Positions 20,519 to 28,400 of a DNA stretch of 64,000 nucleotides are shown piece by piece. A program made the position numbers and the translations under genes. The DNA comes from an uncultured Nitrospinota bacterium (GTDB lineage: Bacteria; Tectomicrobia; Entotheonellia; J063; CAVPRW01). Location of the stretch: assembly GCA_963707985.1 (NCBI GenBank), contig CAVPRW010000033.1, forward strand, positions 1-64,000. Reading direction: 5' to 3'. Each line of letters begins with the position of its first letter. The first letter of the stretch is position 1. Below the pieces are notes generated by a model. The model was not told where the DNA came from. It saw nothing but the letters and a program-made list of their open reading frames with translations, and did no database searches.

Positions 20519-20737
20519 TCACAGCTCTTCACACTCCGATATCTCGATCCCCACCTCTCGGAGAATTCGCCTGAGAAGTTCTTGCTCGATGTCCTCTCCG
20601 TGTGGGTTCCGGAAGCGGACACGTAAATTGCCCTTGACCATGAATTGATGTTTGTCTCCCGCGACTGGACCAGGGAAGCCAAGCTGGCGCAGGCACTGCG
20701 CGAGTTCTCGACGTTTGACGGGCCCAAATCGTGGCAT
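20519..20737 (-). CDS. hicA: HicA-family toxin
   Basis: 72 aa; LGF..P..GDKHQFM, NPHG, LLRRILR; TGATG overlap with hicB. Confidence 0.85.
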   Translation of the reverse strand: MPRFGPVKRRELAQCLRQLGFPGPVAGDKHQFMVKGNLRVRFRNPHGEDIEQELLRRILREVGIEISECEEL

Positions 20738-20979
20738 CAGGCGACTTCTTGGATGTTCAGCGTGATACCGTCTATTTCCGGTAACGCATGGCCCATCTTG
20801 AGACCGAGGACAATCCACTCCTCCAAAACCTCGCGCAATTCTTCCCGACAGGCTTCTAGGGTTTCCGCATTCGTCCACACGCCCTGAAGCCCATCGATAG
20901 TTCCGAAGTATCCTTCGCCATCAGACAAAATCTCATAGTGTGCTTTCCGCAGTGCTGCCTTGATATAAGCGGTCAGCAT
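20737..20979 (-). CDS. hicB: HicB-family antitoxin, short form
   Basis: YFGTIDGLQGVWTNAETLEACREELREVLEEW...LPEI. Confidence 0.88.
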   Translation of the reverse strand: MLTAYIKAALRKAHYEILSDGEGYFGTIDGLQGVWTNAETLEACREELREVLEEWIVLGLKMGHALPEIDGITLNIQEVA

Positions 20980-21027
20980 AGATGGTTCTCCCTGCAGATT
21001 ACATCAAAGTCGGTTGCCTACACCGTA

Positions 21028-21050
21028 TGATTTGCACTCCCCGCAAATCA
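21028..21050. promoter_or_regulatory. Inverted repeat upstream of hicB, possible operator
   Basis: TGATTTGC-7 nt-GCAAATCA about 50 bp upstream of the hicB start. Confidence 0.4.
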
Positions 21051-21157
21051 AAAAGTCTGATAATTTCGGCAACCTCGGCTCAAACATGTGCGACATACGT
21101 ATCGACAGCTCATCCTGTCCGCTTGGCGATATGGCAATATCGAGTGAGAATGCTCCT

Positions 21158-21196
21158 GCAGCGCGCCAAGGATCGTCATGGGCGAACCTCCGCGGG
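21158..21196. repeat. 39-bp direct repeat, copy spanning HEPN-3 stop and a pglZ 5' relic (MTILGALQ)
   Basis: GCAGCGCGCCAAGGATCgTCATGGgCGAACCTCCGCGGG, 37/39 identical to 19214-19252. Confidence 0.95.
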
Positions 21197-21584
21197 CAGG
21201 CGGCCGGAGGACCGCTTCGTAGACCTCACGGGCCAGGGCAAGCGCTTCATGGGCCTCGCTCTCAGCGGGCGCGAGCGGTACACCGGGATAGCGGAACCTC
21301 CAGGCATACGGTGTCAGATCCTTGGCTCCGTCTACCACCGCTTCCAGGGTCGAATCCAGTGCCACCACCGCAATCCCGAGTTCGTCGAGGTCGTGGGTCC
21401 TGCGAAACGGGCGTCCATGCGCGGCGAGGAACGCCTTGCGCGTCTTTTCCGCGGCCTGCTGACTGTGAAAGACCGCCCCTCGCAAGAGCGGCGGGGCAGC
21501 GGTCAGATCATGGTCGGCTTCGCGCAGGTCGTCGGCCGCTCGCTCAAGCCACTCCCGTACCTCCGCCGCCACCTCAGGATGCAT
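21176..21584 (-). CDS. HEPN domain protein 3, +1 frameshift near 21204
   Basis: FHSQQAAEK, PFRRTHDL, RFRYP; native end RLPAEVRP* is one base out of frame. Confidence 0.88.
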
Positions 21585-21909
21585 AGACGAGCCTCCCTTC
21601 CCGCTGCACCGTGGCGGGGAGCGAAGATACTGCGCGGCTTCGCGACTCGAACTCCTGGCGCGTATATACGACTACGTCCTTGGCTGCTCCGACTCCACAC
21701 AGCGCCCGAAACGCCAGCACATCCCGCCGGTGCGGAGCAAGGTCGGACTCCAGTACCACAGCCAAAAGATCGTAGTCGCTGTCGGTCCCGGCGTCACCCC
21801 GCGCCCTCGATCCAAAGAGGTAGATCCGTTCCGGATGGAGGGCGTGCACGAGGCGGTCCACCATTTCACACAACACCAGGTCCTTCTCCAACAGAGGATC
21901 GCGCTTCAT
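21574..21909 (-). CDS. Minimal nucleotidyltransferase (MNT-3)
   Basis: YLFGSRARGDAGTDSDYD, ATVQREGRLVYAS. Confidence 0.92.
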   Translation of the reverse strand: MKRDPLLEKDLVLCEMVDRLVHALHPERIYLFGSRARGDAGTDSDYDLLAVVLESDLAPHRRDVLAFRALCGVGAAKDVVVYTRQEFESRSRAVSSLPATVQREGRLVYAS

Positions 21910-22319
21910 GGCCGCACCTCCGCGGGCAGGCGACTGAGGACCGCTTCATAGACCTCACGGGCACAGGCCAGCGCCTCTTGGGCTTCCTCAACCGGGGGCT
22001 CGGCCGGTTCACCTGGGTAACGGAACTTCCAGGCATACTCCGTCAGCCTCGCAGCTCGCCGCGCTAAATCCTCCAATGTGGCATCAATGGCGACGCACTG
22101 CTGGCCAATCTCTACCAAGTTATGAGTCTTTCGAAACGGTTCATCGTGCCATGTCAGAAAGCCCTTCAGAGCCTTTTCAGCCAACTGCTGCGCATGAAAA
22201 GTGATATCGGCCGTTAGTGGTGGCACGGCGGTGAACTCAAACTCAGCAGCCCGCAGATCGAGCGCCGCCTTCGCAAACCACTCGCGCGTCTCAGCCATGC
22301 GCCCTGGCTCAGGCTGCAT
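21906..22319 (-). CDS. HEPN domain protein 2
   Basis: MQPE start overlapping MNT stop; FHAQQLAEKALK, PFRKTHNL, KFRYP. Confidence 0.92.
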   Translation of the reverse strand: MQPEPGRMAETREWFAKAALDLRAAEFEFTAVPPLTADITFHAQQLAEKALKGFLTWHDEPFRKTHNLVEIGQQCVAIDATLEDLARRAARLTEYAWKFRYPGEPAEPPVEEAQEALACAREVYEAVLSRLPAEVRP

Positions 22320-22689
22320 AGAGGAGCCTCCCCTCGCGCAAGATCGTACCTGGGAGCGACGCCCGTAGGTGCGCACGGCTCTCGAAGCGCCCGCGCGTCC
22401 ACACCAGGACGTCCGCTGCCGTTCCGGTGCCCCACAGCCGTTCGTAAGCCAGCCGGCTACGCTTCTGATCCGCGGGGGCATCATTCGGGACGACGACCAA
22501 CAGGTCGAAGTCGCTATCGGGGCCATAATCACCCCGTGCCTTGGAGCCGAAGAGATAAATCCGCTCTGGCTGGTAGGCTTCGACCAGACGTTCGACGATC
22601 TGTGCGAGCGCACGAATGTCCTCCTCTTTCAAGTGAGGCAGCTCACGGCGAATCCGGTCTTCAAGCATATCTTGGAGTTGAGCACTCAT
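22309..22689 (-). CDS. Minimal nucleotidyltransferase (MNT-2)
   Basis: YLFGSKARGDYGPDSDFD, GTILREGRLLYAA. Confidence 0.92.
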   Translation of the reverse strand: MSAQLQDMLEDRIRRELPHLKEEDIRALAQIVERLVEAYQPERIYLFGSKARGDYGPDSDFDLLVVVPNDAPADQKRSRLAYERLWGTGTAADVLVWTRGRFESRAHLRASLPGTILREGRLLYAA

Positions 22690-22776
22690 CAAACTATTCT
22701 CCGGTGTTCATCGCACGTCGAACATCGTGAGTTAGTCTGTCCTCTAACCCCTTCAACACCCGACACCACCCGGCCA

Positions 22777-23186
22777 TCATCGCGGAGTGGTGTTGGGGAA
22801 AAGTTGTTGGCGAACAAACTCGACCAGCTCGCTGGCAAGCCGCAACGCCTCCTTTGCCTCCGCAAGTTCTGGTTCTAACGGTCCCCCAGGATAGCGGAAC
22901 TGCGTGACGTAGGGATTGAGTGTATGCGCTGTATCCATGAAACCCACGAAAGCCGAATCGCTGCGCTGACAGAGTCCCACAAGGCGCTCCAGGTTGTGTG
23001 TTTTCGGGAAGGGCCGGTCGTACGCCGCAAGAAATGCCTTAAGCGCCTTCTCCATAGCTTGCTGAGCGTGAAAGACGGCCAGATCAGCCAGGATCGGCTC
23101 CACGGAAAGTGCCCTCCAGCTCCCAGCAAGTCCCTTTGGGCTCTTGTCAACCAATCCCGAGCTTCTTCAAGGGCTTCAGGCTGCAT
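22777..23186 (-). CDS. HEPN domain protein 1, -1 frameshift near 23117
   Basis: MQPEALEEARDWLTRAQRDL in one frame; FHAQQAMEKALK, PKTHNL, FRYP in another. Confidence 0.85.
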
Positions 23187-23556
23187 ATAATACACGTCCC
23201 TCGCGCAGCACTGTGGCTGGGAGCGATGCAAGCGCCCGGCTGCGGCGCTCGAACTCATCGCGCGGCATAACTAAGAGGTCGAGTGCTAGTGAGTGAGGGG
23301 CCACAGCCCGATAAGCCGCTTGGGCCAATCGGTGAGGTGGCTGGTCAGCCTTCGATACGACCACCAGGAGATCAATATCACTGTCGGGGGTCGGCTCGCC
23401 GCGAGCTTGAGATCCAAAGACATAGACCCGTTCAGGTTGAAACCTTTCAACCAATCGTCCCACGACGCATGCCAAGTCGTATACCTCATTCAGAGAGAGA
23501 TGTGGAAGCTCATGGTGGATCCGCTCTTCAAGCTCTCGTTCGAGCACATGCATCAT
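23176..23556 (-). CDS. Minimal nucleotidyltransferase (MNT-1)
   Basis: YVFGSQARGEPTPDSDID, ATVLREGRVLYAA. Confidence 0.92.
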   Translation of the reverse strand: MMHVLERELEERIHHELPHLSLNEVYDLACVVGRLVERFQPERVYVFGSQARGEPTPDSDIDLLVVVSKADQPPHRLAQAAYRAVAPHSLALDLLVMPRDEFERRSRALASLPATVLREGRVLYAA

Positions 23557-23651
23557 CGTGAAAATCTCACCTTACGCAATGTAAGCTGGGCCGCGAGGCT
23601 GCGCTGCAACGCTTCGTGCGCGCCCGACCGGGATTCAGCGAGAAGGGTCAT
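23553..23651 (-). pseudogene. Diverged pglZ 5'-end relic forming a 32-aa mini-ORF
   Basis: MTLLAESRSGAHEALQRS vs PglZ MKILGALRAEVQEALRRS, 8/18 identical without gaps; ATGA overlaps at both ends. Confidence 0.65.
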
Positions 23652-24112
23652 GGCCTTGCTCGTGAGAGATGGTTGCGGGCCTCTTTAGCATCGTGCACCG
23701 TCAAACCCACCTTCCCCTTCAAGTAGTCAGCAACCTCGGGTTTCGCCAATCCCCGGTTCACATGTCCCCCGAAATCGCTATCCTCAGTGACCAGATATTG
23801 ACCGGTTCGCTCGGCAACAGCTACGAACACATGGTCTGAAGGCTCGTGGCAACCTATCTTACTGAGGCGCCTCACATGTCTGTTTTCAAGTCGACCCGGA
23901 ACCTGCTGAACCCGCTGCCATATCTCCTGGTACCACTTCTGAAATAGCGGATAGCCCGAGCAGTTCCCCTGGTACTCGGCAAGAATCTTACCTTCTACAT
24001 CCAGGGCAACCACATGGTTCTGTGTCCGGATCGAAGATAACACGTCGAGGTGATCCCAACTGTTTTCTTTGCAGGCATTGATGATCACGTTGGTGTCCAG
24101 GGTTACGATCAT
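23648..24112 (-). CDS. PIN-like domain protein, partner of the ABC ATPase
   Basis: VTLDTNVI, SDHVFVAVA, LVTEDSDF acidic PIN pattern; ATGA overlap with the ATPase. Confidence 0.75.
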   Translation of the reverse strand: MIVTLDTNVIINACKENSWDHLDVLSSIRTQNHVVALDVEGKILAEYQGNCSGYPLFQKWYQEIWQRVQQVPGRLENRHVRRLSKIGCHEPSDHVFVAVAERTGQYLVTEDSDFGGHVNRGLAKPEVADYLKGKVGLTVHDAKEARNHLSRARP

Positions 24113-25473
24113 CGTTTTGAAGCCTGCCCGCCATGGCTTGCGATGGCTTCGCTGATGGCCATCACTTCTTCATAGTCGTCTGAGAAGAACCTGACGAATC
24201 CCTTGGGGGGATCTGGAGTCTGACCGAGTTCGTTGACTTCGACTGCACTTACAACGCTTCTGTTGTCCTCTCGCTCCACGAAGTACACACCTAACTGGTC
24301 GCGCTGAAGCTTGCGCTCGACCTCGGCGCTCGGCTTCACGGTCGTCTCCGCAACACGCCGGCGCAACCGGAGGAGCAGGTGCTCGCTGTGGGTTTCGATC
24401 AGGAACCGGTGGCTCTGGCCGAGCGCGTCGATAAGGAGGTCACCCAGGTCCGCCTGCGCGCGGGGATGAAGGTGGAGTTCCGGTTGTTCGAGAAGGATTG
24501 TCCGACCCGTACCACCGGCGTAACACTGCACCAGCACGGGCAAGACCTGGGACAAGCCAAAACCCACATCCTTAAGGTTATAGACCTGCTCTTCTCCCTG
24601 GTTGTCCTTATCCCGTACCCCAATCTGCAATAAGGGTGAGTTCCTGAACACCCGGACGTCAAGTCTGTACCCCAGCCGTTTAAGCCACCAGTTCAGGCGT
24701 TGGTCCAGCTCGTCCTGCTTTCCCTGGTACTGCACTGCTGCCAGTAATTTGAAGGTGTTCTCTCCCCTGCGGCCTACCTCAGCAACGCTCTCGCCTGTAA
24801 AATAATAGACGCGTTCCGGCTCGGTACGCAGCGGGCCGATGTAAGCGATGCTGCGGAAGTCGGCTTCAACTTGCTGCGCGACCTGCTGGCAGAGTTCGCT
24901 GACTGACGCGTGTGCCCCTGAGCCAGCCGTAGGAAGTGGTAGGAAATGTGCCCAGGTGATCTCATCAGCAGCCGGAAGTTGATTCGGCGAGAAGATGTCG
25001 GAAGTCAACCACCACTCGGATCTCGGCCCGCGGCGTAAATATCGTCGCGCAACTTCGAGAAGCCTCCTTCCATCTTTGTCAAAGATGCCAGTTGCTAGCA
25101 GGTAGGTGACTTTTCGGGGCTTGTCGTAACCGATCTGCAGCCGGAGCAGGATTTCACGAATGGGACGCACCCAGCCAACAAACGGCTCGTCGAGCCGTAG
25201 GCGGAGGGAGACGCTTAGCGGTCGTCGCGGGTCATAGCGATGTCCAAAGACGAGATCCTCATATGAACCCAGGTCCACTCCCAGATTAGAGGTAAAGACA
25301 AACGGCGTTGATCGGTCTGGGTTGAGGACGCTCTGACGCAGCATAAGCAGACCCGCCAGCAGGGTACTCTTGCCTGATGAGTTGTGGCCGAAAAAAAGTG
25401 CCAACGGCCGTAGCTCGATCCAATCGGTATCTTCGAAGCCCCGGAAGCGGGTAAGACGAAAGGCTTCAATCAC
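24109..25473 (-). CDS. Non-transport ABC-superfamily ATPase (AAA_15/AAA_21 type, DUF3696-like C-terminus)
   Basis: GHNSSGKS, YIGPLR, DVGFGLSQVLP, LLEQPELHLHP, ETHSEH; GTG start overlaps the pglX stop. Confidence 0.9.
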   Translation of the reverse strand: MIEAFRLTRFRGFEDTDWIELRPLALFFGHNSSGKSTLLAGLLMLRQSVLNPDRSTPFVFTSNLGVDLGSYEDLVFGHRYDPRRPLSVSLRLRLDEPFVGWVRPIREILLRLQIGYDKPRKVTYLLATGIFDKDGRRLLEVARRYLRRGPRSEWWLTSDIFSPNQLPAADEITWAHFLPLPTAGSGAHASVSELCQQVAQQVEADFRSIAYIGPLRTEPERVYYFTGESVAEVGRRGENTFKLLAAVQYQGKQDELDQRLNWWLKRLGYRLDVRVFRNSPLLQIGVRDKDNQGEEQVYNLKDVGFGLSQVLPVLVQCYAGGTGRTILLEQPELHLHPRAQADLGDLLIDALGQSHRFLIETHSEHLLLRLRRRVAETTVKPSAEVERKLQRDQLGVYFVEREDNRSVVSAVEVNELGQTPDPPKGFVRFFSDDYEEVMAISEAIASHGGQASKR

Positions 25474-28400
25474 GGTCTGGCCACCATCCTGGTTTGGGTA
25501 GCTTGCCCTCACGACACCAGCGCCGCTCGTCGGCCCGCCATACGGCGCGGTCCTCGATGGCTCGTTCGATGTCTATACTCGCAAGGACGTCCGCCGCCAG
25601 TAAGCGGTACTTCTGGAGCGGCGCGATGTTCACCCGCACGCCATCGTTGATGTCCGGATCGTAGGCTTGCTCCTGGCGCAAGAAGGCCACCTTGTCCGGA
25701 ATGGCACTCTTGGACATTCGACGCGCCCACTGGTCGGGTTCCTCTCGGGCCAGCAGTTCTTCTAGACGCCTTGACAAGAACCCCTCTGCGTTGACCGTGT
25801 CCAGCGCTGCTTCGAACGCTTTAAGCTCGTCCACGGTCCCAGCGAGACGCTCAGCTGCGGCACGGGCGGCGACGTTGCCTTCCGCCGCGCGTCGGCGCTC
25901 CTCGGCCAGCTCAAACTCTCGCCGCTGGAGAACTGGCCGGAGATAGTGAGTTTTGATGCGGGTGAGAGTATCAGCTGTGAGCTTGTGGTAATAGACCAGA
26001 CACGCAAAAGCCGGCCCACCCGTCCGGGTCGAGGGCCGACCACGGCGGCTGGACGCAGCCTCCCAGCGCGTATCGACGGCACGACCGCTCGCTAGCAGCC
26101 AGGCGATAGGCCGGCGCTTGAACTGGGATACGTGATGCGGGAAGAAATCCCTTGCCAGCCAGTCGGCGAGGCTTCGTCCCATGATCTGGCGAAACTCTTG
26201 CTCGATGGCATCGACACGCGCCTCGCCGAAGTCAGCGACGATCCGCTCACGCACCCGATCGAGCAACGTGCGCTCGCCTGTTCCATCAATCAGTGGGATG
26301 ATGCCGTCCGGGTCGGCCCACTCGGGTACGGGCTTGTTAGCCTCAATCTGCTTTGGCCAGCGGTGACCGAGCAGGTGCAAGATCATAGTCGTAAAGTAAT
26401 CTTTAACATTCCTCTGCAACTCCGAGTGACAAACGATTTTGTCTTGCTCGCGTAGCTCTTTGAGTAGCCAATAGATTGATATTGGATGGATTTCGAGTTT
26501 CTGAGAAAGATTTTCTACAAAGGTCTCGGCTGGGATAGGAATGTGTGCCCCTAGTGCGAGGGTCTCATCTTCTTCTTCGCCATCGGTGTTTTCGGCATCC
26601 TCCGCCTCTCTGGCTCCGGGCTTTACACCCCATCCTGCTTCGTACAGCGCTCGCAGGCGGGCTTTGAGCATTGCCAACTCATCGCTCGAAACTCCCTGGC
26701 AACGTTCGCGGTCTAGAAGCTCTAAGACTAGCGTGGGAAGATCTAGTCCATCCGGCAGAGGGGGGATCGCATTATATCCTTCGAGAAGGGGATACCAGGC
26801 AGCAGGCGTACCTGTTTCTACGAACACTGTGGCAACGTCGTCTCCAGTTACATTGTAGGCATTGAAAACCTCTCGCTCAGAGATACCTTCGAGTGCATGA
26901 AGGACTGCCGCGACGCATTCGCCCCGCTCGATACCATGGTGAAAAGTTTTAGCTAGGGAAGAGGTACCGTTGATCAACTGTGTTGTGAAAGTCTGTTCGA
27001 CTGGATTCCGCGCGACAAGCCAGCGTTTGAAGGCGAGACAGGCTGATTCCAAGGTAGTTATCGAGCTGGGAATGCACTCAGGGATAGGCACCCGCGAGAC
27101 GTAGCTGGCGCTCAGTACCATCTGCGGACGAACCCAACGAACCGCGGCCGACGCTAGACGCGCGTTGAGAACTGCGCCCAGGCCAGCCGGAATAGTGACG
27201 CGTGGTATTACAGCTACAGCATCTGCGAGCACTGCGCCCCAGAGGCTATTCGATAAATATCGGAGGCCGAGCGAACCTCTCGCCAATGAGCTGTAGGTGT
27301 AACCTGCCTTAAAGAAATAATCCTCGTTATAGATTCGCTTACCAGCATTTCCGTAGCGTTCAATGGTTACCAGCTTCATGCGGATGCCATTGTTCTCCCA
27401 ATTCACTACCCAGAAATGATGTCCGAACCACTTGCTGTAGCCGCCACCCTTCTCGAAAGGCACCCAACGCCGACTGTGCACCGGGTAGGCCCACTCCCTT
27501 GGTGGTACCTCCCACGTGAGGCGCACAAAGCAGGGATCATTAGTTGTTGCCAGCCCTTGGATGACATCTGCGACGTCTCCTAGCACTCGGCCTGCCAATA
27601 ACTCGAAGAATCGGTCGCGTAACCAGTAGGACAGCGGGGAGTGAGGGATAGACAGGAATCGTTCTTGCGGTGGATGGAACACAACAGCTAGCGCGTTTCC
27701 CTGAACCGCTCGAACCAGCGCTGCTGCCTTTTCCCGAGCGCTTCCTAGACCGATGAGGCGCGCGGCCCACAGGCGGTGCTGAGGTCCTGGCGGGGCCTGG
27801 GCGAGTACGAACAGGGTGACGTTCACCACCTCGCCGGAGATCTCCTCGAAGGCCCGTGGCCCCAGGTGAGCAAGGCAGTCGATGGTTTGCTGCTCCAGGA
27901 CGCCCTTTCGAAGCTCGGCAAAAGATCGCAGGAACATCCACGACTGCTGGGTGACCATCGCCACCTTTCCGCCGTGCCTCGCGAGTTGTAGACAACGCTG
28001 GATGAAGGCGGCGTAAAGGTCGCGCTTGCCTGCCGCGTAATGACGCTGCACATACGCCTTAAGCCGCTGCCCCATATTCTTCGAGCCCATATAGGGCGGG
28101 TTGGTCGCAACCACGTCGTAGCGGCGTGACAGCAGCTCGATGAGGTCCAACCCTTTCTCGGCCTCGGCGCCGAAGATAGCCGTCGAGAGGTCCTTCGCAT
28201 CGGCCTCTCGCGCGAACTGCTGGTGCAGCCGGGCAAGCACGGCCTGCTTCCACTCCTGCCAGGGGGGCAGCATATCCAGATCGAGCCTCCCCTGAGCGCC
28301 AGGCTCCGGCAATCCAAGCAGCGGCAGCAGGCTCAACTGCTCTGTTTGCTTGTTGGCCCGTCGCACTTCGTGCTTGCGCAACTCCTCGATGGCTCGGTCG

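Noticed and set aside
20982..22067. 361-aa plus-strand ORF with an internal repeat
   Set aside because: Antisense to MNT/HEPN genes; the repeat mirrors the homologous HEPN 3' ends
19232..23651. TA array as integron gene cassettes
   Set aside because: No convincing attC sites in the spacers, genes overlap directly, and no integrase is present
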